From an uncultured virus (IMG/VR IMGVR_UViG_3300033121_001607) (Duplodnaviria; Heunggongvirae; Uroviricota; Caudoviricetes): DNA of 20,000 nucleotides. This document shows positions 9,701-18,425 of this stretch, in pieces (within the stretch, counting starts at the first letter, position 1; the number at the start of each line of letters is the position of its first letter). Where the stretch lies: IMG/VR virus record IMGVR_UViG_3300033121_001607. One strand, written 5' to 3'. Both the position numbers and the translations under genes were made by a program. The notes under the pieces were generated by a model that did no database searches, had not been told where the DNA came from, and saw nothing but the letters and a program-made list of their open reading frames with translations.

Positions 9701-10381
9701 AACAGTATTCTTGGTTTTCGTAACAGTATCCGAAAGGCCTTCGCTTGTTGCTTGAATACCGAGTGACTGACCCGCTTGATAAGAGACATACTTCCACTGA
9801 GAACAGAATGATTTTATCATTCTAACAACAGGACTTGTTATTTTGGATATTGAATTATATTCTGACGGCATTAGGTTTATATCGCAATACAAACTTCCGT
9901 CAGCTATCCATGTTTGATGAGAGGCTATTGAATTTGAAAATACCGCAGAGTTGCCTTCGAGAATAAGCAGATTAGAAGTCAAGTCCTTATCAAGAGCCAA
10001 AAACTCAAAAGAGCTAAGAGCATAAGTTCCCCTCTTCCAATCAAAATCATTACCTTCTTGGACTGTTGAACGAGACATCGCCGCTTTTATTGAGTTCTTT
10101 TCCGCTTTCTCTTCGGCGTCAGGCTTTAGGAAAGCCAAAAAGTTATCTATATAGAAGTTAGGTATAGGTCTTAAAAAAGCACCGTCCAAGCCAGGTATTG
10201 ATAATAAAGTATTCCTCAAAGTTTGAGGAGCAAACTGTAAAGTTTCAGGTGAAAAAATAAATGACTGATCCTGTCTAAGCCTATCATAAATAGGACAATT
10301 AGCCCAAATCAAACACTTTAACTTAAGCTGACCAGGACGCCCAGGAGAAGCTGTTTCCCATTCTTTACAGCCATTTGCCAT
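6800..10381 (-). CDS. Putative baseplate hub/Tal-like tail-tip protein with a long N-terminal extension, 1193 aa
   Basis: The C-terminal ~440 aa carry hub-like (T4 gp27/P2 gpD-like) patterns: 'DVSQHVLSFS', 'TVFTGF', 'LECKLNDYSKILKD', 'YWEAVQKMSLLSNKVAYFDRLGVFHFEP', 'NEIKVIS', 'KVSFKAIGRNKLKALDVITF...IISSIKSEI'. It lies downstream of the tape measure gene. Confidence 0.6.
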   Translation of the reverse strand: MANGCKEWETASPGRPGQLKLKCLIWANCPIYDRLRQDQSFIFSPETLQFAPQTLRNTLLSIPGLDGAFLRPIPNFYIDNFLAFLKPDAEEKAEKNSIKAAMSRSTVQEGNDFDWKRGTYALSSFEFLALDKDLTSNLLILEGNSAVFSNSIASHQTWIADGSLYCDINLMPSEYNSISKITSPVVRMIKSFCSQWKYVSYQAGQSLGIQATSEGLSDTVTKTKNTVAMPAMVGIAQTGDPAAVITQANLKPFFSPGGNIYYGINPGAHWRVLKRTPVFQGEDFVVEFITGARESSAIANKSNVYRMLEKFSFLDVNSVTETSICGAFDPGDFFNPARDRSSEIAEERKKSLDLSRQVYYIIEIGVEDPLHNYWLIISENNFPFFCQCGKSPTLTCRVQADTSDQRTQPPPKTSTSNEPEKCRTDTDENTGRTDATGAPLKEIISVDYDFKNKKLRKLSTYDAASSATLLRQEKLKVSVRQHAGNIIVTFSGYENNPWVISRKDIDLSSTPINVPISESQVNYKTVQMLIPFGRIAIMGGNRNCQFTFSPMLYTKLNKFVLPQPFSVQGPIDVKDVQFLFRDKGKSLDPDVTVYLENQQYTNEAGVYKEIAAKKSSSGVPEEESGNATEPNGPAEKTTTYAIDVQPRAVWNYGKAPDMMKANGGTGARLNLESVLEVDASECVLDQGSTSNRSKLFQVAITALPGGYLFPVIDNAGTGWLLNDCVTPILYYFRLYVPPKDCIFERSPVDVSQHVLSFSDEWSETDWQTLEHSGSISFLVSDGMKFRNNQSNYLYSLTDKTFYLQISIWWEDGIMPTPADPRDRTVFTGFCHGGVVTTETNKKVLECKLNDYSKILKDQFFLNSPFFDRMRDVNAVYDIMQMAGLRDGEDNDSTFEPGSLIRTLALSESIGGWYTFFFNGDKIYNREYALPGSYDMLQSPFLKFADGSPYWEAVQKMSLLSNKVAYFDRLGVFHFEPLPYDQEIWGSQSGTQTNWTIQDWAQLSKVDFFATPKQLVAGGSAEMNRQIVGDYKVERIVQDVMNEIKVISTSPNGEIFVAGHTNYASLNDPDAPGFIGYRKPFLQMDGIFGSADNVKWIVKNYTRMFIPPIKVSFKAIGRNKLKALDVITFQPLGSREKQPLIISSIKSEIDASKNTWYQDFECLWLFPRQDIQWGNTNEIGLGLDGSISGNLNGG

Positions 10382-10385
10382 TCAA

Positions 10386-13300
10386 TCATTCCCTTTTTGA
10401 GTATGCTATATCTAATATCGGTGTTTCTGGATAAGAAAACGCCCTGAAACTACCAGAGGCGTCTTTATAAAAGAATCTAAGAAAACCATTACCCGTTGAA
10501 TAGCCAATTGAAGGCGTCTCTGATATAGAGAACCCGTCGCCAAATACATCAACATCTCTATACGGAAAAACAACATTAGTTTCCTTGTTCTTAATGGCGG
10601 TCTTTAGTTCTGGAGAAATTGAACCAACAACAAAAACAGGCTTGGCTGTTTCCGAATCAGGACCAAGAAGGTCTTGTATTTTTACATCGCTAGCAACGCT
10701 TGCCTTAGAGATGAAATTTCTTATAAACAACATTCCTTCAACTTGATAGGTCAAATACACTATATCAGATTTGTAATCTATTGCAAATCCAAGTAATTTG
10801 ATTGATTTCAATTCTTGCAAATCGCTATTTTTGTGAACGAGTAAGCCTTCTTCAAAAAAATCATACCAAGCAGCGCCGCCATTTGAACTTCCTCTACAAT
10901 ACAAACGACCATTTGTAACAAATAAAACCTTAAACTGACCTGAAGAGTCTCTAAAAGCAATAAAATCAACGTCGGGGAAACCTTCTTCGTAATTCTTTTC
11001 GTCGCCAGAAAGAGCTATACGATAATCTGTTCTTTTTGCATTTCTCATTATTTCTGTAGTTGCAAGTTGTGTTTTAAGATAATCTCCTGTTATATTGCCG
11101 ACAACTACATTACTTGGAATGGCTCTTAATTTTTGCCCTGCTTCAGAAAAATGATACAACCCATACATCGCCAAGGTATTTTCGTCCAGCCTATTAGGCC
11201 TCTTATATGCTAAAAATGCGTCTTCATAAACAAATAAACTTGCATCTATCTCTTTATGCATCAAAGAGTCATTTAGAACATAAAACAAGTGTATTTTGTT
11301 GCTAAAGTCGTCCATTATGACATATGGAGTCGAAACGCTTTCGCCAACAACAGTTCTAACAAGACCCTTGAAATCATACCATGTATAGCCATAGTCAGGG
11401 GACAGTAAACAAGATATTTCTCTTGCTGTCTGTTCTTGGATACCAGGCGTCGATCCGTCAGGGTTAGGCCCAATCAAATGAGAACCGTCAGCATTGCGAC
11501 CGTTATTAGAAGTATCACCTTCGCCGCCTTTTTCGTCTTCATAAAAAACAAGCCATCGACCAGAGGGGTCAAAACACGTCGTAACGTTACTTGTTGATAT
11601 CTTGTACTTTTGATATTCTTCTTCTTCCAAAGATTCAGCTTCAATATATTCAATATCTATGTACTTGAGTATATCTCCGTCTATAAACCAACTTTCAGCA
11701 TTTATGTACCGAGTATCGACGCAAACAATCCTTGCGTCCTTCTTAAAACTCCCTTGATACGGAAGAGCAATATTGTCAACAATATTCTTTGAAGACGGGA
11801 AAACAAAAGAGATCATTCGTTTTGAATCGTCTAAAAACGCTCTATTATTTGGTATGTACTTGATTGTAACTTTTCTAAGTCTTCTTCCGGATAAACCAGC
11901 GACATTAATTCTACCAGTAGACTGATCTCTTGTGAAAACTAGCTTATCAGTTTTGATTATTGTAGGAGACACCTTACTCATAAGAATCAAAGCATTTTCT
12001 GTTGATATCTCTATACCCCTGTAATACCCTGGTTGGTCTCCTATGAGGTTATCATACCCGCCATACTTAATACTCTCGCCCGTGAGCGACGTATCAAGCT
12101 GAGGGAGAGTATGACCTTTTGAGGTCAAATCTTCCTTTTTCATTTCGGAAAAATCTTTATTGATTACGCCTTCTTCAAAAACTCTAAAATTAGTTGTTCC
12201 ATTAGAACTATCAGGATAAACAAGACAAGCTTGATACCTATTAGGGTCCGTCGTCACTGCATAGTTTTCAGTAAAGGCCGGTCTTGTGCCAACCCATATA
12301 GCACCGTCGCCTCGAAGGGGATTAACGGCCTGAAACTTTTCAACATAGATACGAGATTTAGAAGAAAGACCCTGCAAAAATGTTGGAGTCCTCAAAAGCA
12401 TATCAGCTTGTATAGTCCCTTTTGTACAAAAACCAAAATCGTAAGTAAATGTCATATTACAAGCATATACGCTTCCAGAGCCTTGCATTGGAACTGAATC
12501 AAACTTAGCGCTTGTTAGGTCGTATTTATCTCTACCTGGAGATAAATTCTTAATAAGATCTAGATTCGCAAAACCAACTCCGGTTTGAGGTATATCCTTG
12601 TTGTAAACAGTGCAACTTAAAATGGCCTTTGCAAATCTTCTTTCGTATCCAAACTTTTCGTTATCATAACATATTGAGTTAACATGATCGCTTATATCAA
12701 ATAGAAAATCATCAAAGAAAGACTTTGCTTCGTCGCCACCAAGTATAAGTTCACCATTTGCATCAAAAGCATTACTTGTTGATTGAATTTCTTGCAAAAA
12801 AGAATCAAACCAAGCTTGATCTCTTATTGAGTTTCTAGGAATCAACAAACGAATTTCGTTATTGTTTCTAAAGTTACAAGATAGTATTCCTCTTGAATCC
12901 GCAAAATAACAACCCATTATGAACTGATTTCTATTTGCTTTTTCGAGCTTTGATTCAATCAATCGTTGACACTCTATGTCTGTCAGCAGTATTCTCTGAG
13001 TAAGCCTTTGGATTCTTTTTGTCTTCTCCGTTTCCGTAAGAGAAGCGTTATTCTGTATTTCAAGAATTTGATTCTGTATTTCAGCGTCATTAACAAAATC
13101 CGCTATCGCCGATCGTTCAGCAGAATTCTTTCTAACTTTGAACTTAAACTTCTTGAAGTTCCAACCTTTTACCAAATCAAGAGGAGGTAGTTGATAAACG
13201 CTTTGATCAGGAAAAAGAAAAAAGTTACTTATATTCTCTATGGAGTGTCTAAAAAGAGGCGTCCCGCCAACATAAGACACATAAACTTTATCTCCGGATT

Positions 13301-14261
13301 TCAGCGCAACAGTAGGCGGAGAGTCTGCTGAAGGCGGATTATTCGGGTCTGCTTGCTCAGAAAGGTTAAAAGAAACAACCTTATCAGTCATGTCGTCGGT
13401 ACTGCCATTCCAAAAACAATGACCGCTTGTTCTATCAAACTCATTATCTGCTCTATAATGATTCTTTCTTTTATCTCGAACAATACCTGTAAATAGATTA
13501 GAAGCGTCAGAATATTTGTAGTTCTTAAATTCTGCATGTATTTGTCCTTCAGGAGATTGAGGCCAACCTCTAATCCTGCCTCCCGAATTACCAAGATTCT
13601 CTAGTTCATTAAGATCTGATAAACCCAAAAGAATCCTCATATCGCTATCCGTTAGTTCGCTAGGCGCGACTCTTCTACCAAGTCTTTGTTCTACTTCGTC
13701 GGCAGGAATCGTTCTTGCTCTAGCCATTTGTTCTTCTGTTAGAGGAGTATCTGGTGTAACAAAAACTATTGGAGATCTTGTTATACCAAGAACTCCTAAA
13801 ACATAATCTGGTAAAGTAATTTGCTTACTTGTTATATTTTCTTGTGTAAGAACAATTTCTCTATTAAGTCTTGTTTCCGAATCGCAAACATGAAATGTCC
13901 ATCTAGACGAAGTTCTCTCGGCATCGCCTTGTAAGGAACAACCAATAGCAGAGCCTATACCAAAACCTGCTCCGGCCCCAAGGGTTCCAAATAAAAAACC
14001 AGCATTACCACCCGGCGATAAGTCATTAATGCTTGTTCCCGTAACTCTTGTTTTTATTCCAAACCAAAACTCTGTATACAATCTATCTGCTGGAAGCAAA
14101 CGAATAACTTCTCGTTCAGAGATTACTTGTCCTCCCTGATTACGAGTTCTGGGCCTAGCTGTTGTTCCTGTTTCTGGAATATAGCCATTTGGAATAAGGT
14201 CTATATTATCATAAGACAGAACGCTACTAGGCAGAAGGTTGCCTAAACATATATTGGACAT
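10386..14261 (-). CDS. Large putative tail-tip/virion protein with a C-terminal Asp-box (BNR) propeller-like region, 1291 aa
   Basis: Long ORF coupled to the tape measure gene by a TAATG overlap. Asp-box motifs SPDYGYTW (~11379-11403) and SSNGGAAW (~10866-10889), plus blade-like 'FDPSGRWLVFYE', 'KIHLFYV', 'GFLRFFYKD'. Confidence 0.6.
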   Translation of the reverse strand: MSNICLGNLLPSSVLSYDNIDLIPNGYIPETGTTARPRTRNQGGQVISEREVIRLLPADRLYTEFWFGIKTRVTGTSINDLSPGGNAGFLFGTLGAGAGFGIGSAIGCSLQGDAERTSSRWTFHVCDSETRLNREIVLTQENITSKQITLPDYVLGVLGITRSPIVFVTPDTPLTEEQMARARTIPADEVEQRLGRRVAPSELTDSDMRILLGLSDLNELENLGNSGGRIRGWPQSPEGQIHAEFKNYKYSDASNLFTGIVRDKRKNHYRADNEFDRTSGHCFWNGSTDDMTDKVVSFNLSEQADPNNPPSADSPPTVALKSGDKVYVSYVGGTPLFRHSIENISNFFLFPDQSVYQLPPLDLVKGWNFKKFKFKVRKNSAERSAIADFVNDAEIQNQILEIQNNASLTETEKTKRIQRLTQRILLTDIECQRLIESKLEKANRNQFIMGCYFADSRGILSCNFRNNNEIRLLIPRNSIRDQAWFDSFLQEIQSTSNAFDANGELILGGDEAKSFFDDFLFDISDHVNSICYDNEKFGYERRFAKAILSCTVYNKDIPQTGVGFANLDLIKNLSPGRDKYDLTSAKFDSVPMQGSGSVYACNMTFTYDFGFCTKGTIQADMLLRTPTFLQGLSSKSRIYVEKFQAVNPLRGDGAIWVGTRPAFTENYAVTTDPNRYQACLVYPDSSNGTTNFRVFEEGVINKDFSEMKKEDLTSKGHTLPQLDTSLTGESIKYGGYDNLIGDQPGYYRGIEISTENALILMSKVSPTIIKTDKLVFTRDQSTGRINVAGLSGRRLRKVTIKYIPNNRAFLDDSKRMISFVFPSSKNIVDNIALPYQGSFKKDARIVCVDTRYINAESWFIDGDILKYIDIEYIEAESLEEEEYQKYKISTSNVTTCFDPSGRWLVFYEDEKGGEGDTSNNGRNADGSHLIGPNPDGSTPGIQEQTAREISCLLSPDYGYTWYDFKGLVRTVVGESVSTPYVIMDDFSNKIHLFYVLNDSLMHKEIDASLFVYEDAFLAYKRPNRLDENTLAMYGLYHFSEAGQKLRAIPSNVVVGNITGDYLKTQLATTEIMRNAKRTDYRIALSGDEKNYEEGFPDVDFIAFRDSSGQFKVLFVTNGRLYCRGSSNGGAAWYDFFEEGLLVHKNSDLQELKSIKLLGFAIDYKSDIVYLTYQVEGMLFIRNFISKASVASDVKIQDLLGPDSETAKPVFVVGSISPELKTAIKNKETNVVFPYRDVDVFGDGFSISETPSIGYSTGNGFLRFFYKDASGSFRAFSYPETPILDIAYSKRE

Positions 14262-17014
14262 TACTTATTCCTGATTCTCTTTATAGTCTCAGTAATTATT
14301 TCTGTACCTATTTTAGAAAAAGCATCAATAAATGACTTCTTAAGTTCTTCTAGATCTTTTTCATCAACTATCATTTTCTTCGCGCCACTTGTTGAATCGG
14401 AACCAATAGTCTTAAAGCCTTCTTTTATGGCTGTAGTTATTTCTCCTGTTCCTTGAGGACCAATGCCAAAAGTTGCAGCAGCAGGAGACATTTTTGATCC
14501 CTTATCCTGCTGATATTTGAGCATGGCGCTAACGTTATCTTGAAGCCTATTGTAAGGATTAAGACCATATTGAGATAAAGCGTCTTGTTCCCAGTCTCCA
14601 GAAGAACCCTCTTTAAAACCGCCAGGAGTCCATGAGGCAGATTCTCTTCTGCCACCCGTAGTTCCTCCCGCTCTAAGCGCTCTGATTTTATCAGGAACAG
14701 CACTAACAAGGCTTCCTAGTCTCTTGTTTTGATCTATAGTTATTCTCGTAAAGACTCCGTTACCCGTCGTCATAGCGCTTATTGCACTAATCCATCCTTC
14801 CCTCATGGATTTGCTTATTTCTGCTTGTTTCTGCATTAGTTGAGTTTCTTTTGTTTTCTTATCAAGAATCTCGTTATCAAGATCTCTTATTCTGGCTCTT
14901 GAGTTAATGATATCTTGTTGGTTGCCAGACGCCTCCGCTTTTTGCAAGGCTTGCTCAGCCATAGCTCTCTGCTCTTCAGCAACAGCTTGCTGTTCTCTAA
15001 CCATCTGCATTTCTTTACTTATTTGATCTATAAGTTCTTTTCTCGCACCAACCTGAGCTTTCAATCCCATGCCTGCGCTATCTTGCAACGATATATAAGC
15101 TTCTTGCAAAGAAATAGCTTTTTCTTGAGTTTCAATTTGAAACTGATTAGAATTAACGAGAACTTTTGCATTTTCGTTTCTCTTTATTGCAATTTGATTC
15201 AACTGTTCTTCGTCTTCAAGAATAATCTTTCTCTGAACATTCTTTTCAATCTCTGTTTTTGCAATACTTAATTGTTCTTCAGCTTGAGATTTATGAGTCT
15301 GAAGAATTTTTTCTTGTATATCAAGTTCCTGGTTGTTCTTTGCAACTTCTGAGCTAATCGATCCGGTTTGAGCGGCTTTTCCAAGAAGAATATTTTTTGA
15401 AGCTAGAAGAGTATTGCTAGCGCTAAGAATGCCTTTCTGAATTTCAAGAACTTGGTTAGTGTGTCTTTGTCTTGATAATAAATCATCTGACGCCTTAACT
15501 TGCTTCTTTTGTTCCTCTGACAATTCTTGCTGGGTTTTCTTGGCCTCCTGCATCTCAGAACGAGCTTCTGCAAGCGCTTTTAGCGTTTCATAACTAGCAA
15601 CGCCTTCGCTTCTAAACATTCCAAAAAAACCGCCAAGACTTTCTGTTTTCTCTTGATCTTTTTTGCTCTCAAGAGCGGCGACTCTAAGTTGAGCTTTTTT
15701 AAGGGGGTCTTCAGTTTTATCAGCAAGAGCCATATTTCTCTCGGCGTCTTGACCCATCTGACTAGACCACCCGTATATACCAATACCAGTCTTATTTGCT
15801 ATATAATCTCCGGCTTCAAAACCGCCAATAGCACTACCAACGATAAGAGCACCAGAACCAGCAATTGCTGTCATACTACCGCCAGAAGCAGCAGCGCCCA
15901 TGCCGTTGATAGCGCCGGTGCCAAGGCCCAACAAAGCCCTGCCTGCGCCAAGAGCTTTTCCCGCCCGGCCAAGTATCTTGCCTCCTAGACCTCGACCACC
16001 AAGAAGAACTTTAGCGTCCGCCGCGGCGTCCAAAATATTAAGTCCACCAGAAAGGGCACCGCTAATTGTTGGCATAAAGCTCGATATGGCTCCAGCGGCG
16101 GCCTGTATTTCTGCATAATAATGGACGGTTTTTTCTAGTTGTTGATTTACGTTATCAATTCCACCTGCCCAATTAACAGTTGTTTGTATCAAATCGGCAG
16201 AAACTTCTCCCGATTTCTTTAATCCAGATTCAATTCCCTGAATAAGTTTTCTTTGATTTATACCAGGCTGCTGTAACTGATCTACTTTATCTTGTTCACC
16301 CTGAGGCCTGTTTTGAGCAAGAGCCATATCTTTGAAAGTCTTATATTGCTGTACGCTTATTTCGCCAGCCATCGCCAGCGATCTAGCATAAGACTCGGCA
16401 GCTTCAAAATCAAGATTAGCAACCATATCCTCAAGAGCAGGGTTATTAGCAGTAAGGCTTTGAACCGCCTGATTAAGTTCGTTCATTGCCTCAATATTAT
16501 TTCCTGTAGTCTTAGCAAGAGCCTTTAAATAACCATCATACTTTTCAGGACCATTATAATTGAACCCTCTTTCAAGAGTTGACATCAACTTTGTTGCGTC
16601 TTGATAACTTAGTTGATAAGCTTTGCGAACCTCTTCAACTCGCTTTGTGTACTGACTTACGCCCATTCCGTATTTCGAAAACTGGCTAGAAGTCTTAACT
16701 AAAGAGTCATTGTATTTGACCAAAATATCATATCCAGCCTTCATGGATATATTTGGAGCATTTATGAAACTGGTAACGCTGTTTACGGCCTGACCAACAG
16801 CGTTGAAGGAGCGACTGAGCGTTGCGCTAATAGCATTAAGGGATTGTAGTCCCTTCTCAAGAACAACAAGATTATTATGTGCTGTTCTAAACTTTCCGGA
16901 AACGCTATCGAGACTTTGAATAAGTTCTTGAGCGTTTACAGCGCCATACTGGACCTCTAAGGCCGCATATATCTTTTTCTTGTTTTCTGGTAATTTATTT
17001 GGATCGAAAGGCAT
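14261..17014 (-). CDS. Tail tape measure protein, 917 aa
   Basis: Helical, coiled-coil-like A/Q/E/K/L-rich sequence with a central Gly/Ala-rich hydrophobic stretch (GALSGGLNIL...GALIVGSAIGGFEAG). Canonical position after the tube and frameshifting chaperone genes and before hub-like genes. Confidence 0.82.
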   Translation of the reverse strand: MPFDPNKLPENKKKIYAALEVQYGAVNAQELIQSLDSVSGKFRTAHNNLVVLEKGLQSLNAISATLSRSFNAVGQAVNSVTSFINAPNISMKAGYDILVKYNDSLVKTSSQFSKYGMGVSQYTKRVEEVRKAYQLSYQDATKLMSTLERGFNYNGPEKYDGYLKALAKTTGNNIEAMNELNQAVQSLTANNPALEDMVANLDFEAAESYARSLAMAGEISVQQYKTFKDMALAQNRPQGEQDKVDQLQQPGINQRKLIQGIESGLKKSGEVSADLIQTTVNWAGGIDNVNQQLEKTVHYYAEIQAAAGAISSFMPTISGALSGGLNILDAAADAKVLLGGRGLGGKILGRAGKALGAGRALLGLGTGAINGMGAAASGGSMTAIAGSGALIVGSAIGGFEAGDYIANKTGIGIYGWSSQMGQDAERNMALADKTEDPLKKAQLRVAALESKKDQEKTESLGGFFGMFRSEGVASYETLKALAEARSEMQEAKKTQQELSEEQKKQVKASDDLLSRQRHTNQVLEIQKGILSASNTLLASKNILLGKAAQTGSISSEVAKNNQELDIQEKILQTHKSQAEEQLSIAKTEIEKNVQRKIILEDEEQLNQIAIKRNENAKVLVNSNQFQIETQEKAISLQEAYISLQDSAGMGLKAQVGARKELIDQISKEMQMVREQQAVAEEQRAMAEQALQKAEASGNQQDIINSRARIRDLDNEILDKKTKETQLMQKQAEISKSMREGWISAISAMTTGNGVFTRITIDQNKRLGSLVSAVPDKIRALRAGGTTGGRRESASWTPGGFKEGSSGDWEQDALSQYGLNPYNRLQDNVSAMLKYQQDKGSKMSPAAATFGIGPQGTGEITTAIKEGFKTIGSDSTSGAKKMIVDEKDLEELKKSFIDAFSKIGTEIITETIKRIRNK

Positions 17015-17050
17015 AGCAGTTTATCGTCCTATCGTATTAGTTTAAATACA

Positions 17051-17085
17051 ATAAAAAAGCCGCCACTCCTTGAAAGTGACGGCTT
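17051..17085 (-). terminator. Rho-independent (intrinsic) terminator downstream of the membrane-protein gene
   Basis: Minus strand reads AAGCCGTCACT-TTCAAGG-AGTGGCGGCTT-TTTTAT: an 11-bp stem (one G-U pair) running into a U-tract, ~25 nt after the stop at 17110. Confidence 0.85.
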
Positions 17086-17109
17086 CTGGTTTAGATATTT
17101 GACTACTGC

Positions 17110-17694
17110 TTAGCCAGGAAACATCCAATTCAGAATCTTCAAGCGAGTAGATCGAGATTTCTCTTCTGCCTCTTTCTTGCTGATAAAATCCGACTTCTCC
17201 TTGTCGAGTTCAGCAAACTGAGACTCATATTTACGGTTAGAGCCGTCTGGATTGTGATTCCACATTTCCCAGTTCCTGACCATTTCAGCCTCAGGGCTAT
17301 TTGGGTTAGCCTTTGCTTTCTCCCAAGTAAGCTGAACATCGCTTTTGATGACATCAATCTTTTCTGGCTGCGAAAGGCTTGAAAAACTCTTAGGCGGGAT
17401 ATCTCCAGAAGAGGGAATAGTCACCAAGGCGGTAAACATCAGAATCCAGGGCATGAAGAAAACGGTTGACAGTATCCTTATCCAATTTGTAAACGTGGCG
17501 CAGAACAAAAAATGGAGAAGGACAAGAAACATGGGAATGAAAATGGGGCCAATAGAGTATTGAAGACAATCAGAGAGGGTGTGACCGCTCCAAGAGACAA
17601 CTACGCCCTTGATAACCGCAATAGCGCAAAGAAGGCCAAAAATAGCAAACTCTGCGACATACAGCCTAAGTAGAATTTTGCCAAAGGTTTTCAT
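17110..17694 (-). CDS. Hypothetical membrane protein (about 3 N-terminal TM segments plus a soluble C-terminal domain), moron-like
   Basis: Hydrophobic segments LYVAEFAIFGLLCAIAVIKGVVV, IGPIFIPMFLVLLHFLFCATF and ILSTVFFMPWILMFTALVTI. Strong GAAGGAG RBS (17702-17708) and its own terminator. Confidence 0.8.
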   Translation of the reverse strand: MKTFGKILLRLYVAEFAIFGLLCAIAVIKGVVVSWSGHTLSDCLQYSIGPIFIPMFLVLLHFLFCATFTNWIRILSTVFFMPWILMFTALVTIPSSGDIPPKSFSSLSQPEKIDVIKSDVQLTWEKAKANPNSPEAEMVRNWEMWNHNPDGSNRKYESQFAELDKEKSDFISKKEAEEKSRSTRLKILNWMFPG

Positions 17695-17701
17695 GAGTCT
17701 A

Positions 17702-17757
17702 CTCCTTCAGGGATTCTGGGGCCGTTTTCCCACTATATCCACTTTCTCATGAAAAGT
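17702..17757 (-). promoter_or_regulatory. Putative promoter/operator and RBS of the moron-like gene
   Basis: Minus strand: imperfect palindrome ACTTTTCATGAGAAAGT (17741-17757), then a -10-like TATAGT (17732-17737), then RBS GAAGGAG. No convincing -35 box. Confidence 0.4.
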
Positions 17758-17787
17758 TTAGTCCTAAATACCCAAACAAAAGCCAAA

Positions 17788-18192
17788 TCAAACAGAAATT
17801 TGCTGTTCCAGGTCTTCCATGATGCATTTTGCAGCAAGAGGCTCAAGAAGTCCAATATTTCCTTCAGTAGGCTCTACAGGTAAACCATCTGGAGTCTTGA
17901 ATGACCAGGATTTTAGCAGTTTTGAAAACCTGCCAAAAGACACGGCTCCAGAAGATATCCTTATTTCTCCATCAGGAGAAAACTGAACCCCCGAATCCAT
18001 AAATTCTGTTGTATCCTTGTAGGTTGGTAATCTGAAAACAATTGTGAAAGATTCAACGCCCAAAGAGTTTTCAGTAATATTTTCTGGTTTGTTTGTCTGT
18101 ATATTTTTTGTCCAGAAAAAGTCTTTTCCTTTTTCTGAATAAGCATACAGGTTGACTGTAATTTCTGCATTTTTATCCACAAATATCTTCAC
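17788..18192 (-). CDS. Second tail assembly chaperone-like protein (paralog of 18419..18862), 134 aa
   Basis: GTG start overlaps the TGA of the T frame (GTGA), with AAGGAG RBS. 'LLKSWSFKTPDGLPVEPTEGNIGLLEPLAAKCIMEDLE' aligns by eye with 'CLKEWDVVDENNQAIPVSAETIGLLPPVIASALLDKYD' of the upstream chaperone. Confidence 0.7.
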   Translation of the reverse strand: MKIFVDKNAEITVNLYAYSEKGKDFFWTKNIQTNKPENITENSLGVESFTIVFRLPTYKDTTEFMDSGVQFSPDGEIRISSGAVSFGRFSKLLKSWSFKTPDGLPVEPTEGNIGLLEPLAAKCIMEDLEQQISV

Positions 18193-18425
18193 AGAATACT
18201 CCTTAGGGAACTCAATCCCATAGATACTTCAGCTTGTTTATGACGTATTTTGCTCTTCATAATACAAAGCATATAATGTTTCTTGAAATCGCTAAAACTA
18301 AGACCTCTTATATATTCCAAAGTCCACCCATATTCTGATGCAAGCAAGTGCTCTTTAATAGATTCGTGCAATTCATGTTCTGAGAAGTCTTTTCCACAAA
18401 ATAAATTTGCTGCATCAGTTATGAT
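18189..18425 (-). CDS. T-like (-1 frame) portion of the tail assembly chaperone G-T fusion
   Basis: The frame is open from the slippery site: IITDAANLFCGKDFSEHELHESIKEHLLASEYGWTLEYIRGLSFSDFKKHY...SIL*. The TTG start in the ORF track (18371) has no evident RBS. 'YGWTLEYIRGLS' resembles gpT-like chaperone tails. Confidence 0.78.
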   Translation of the reverse strand: MITDAANLFCGKDFSEHELHESIKEHLLASEYGWTLEYIRGLSFSDFKKHYMLCIMKSKIRHKQAEVSMGLSSLRSIL

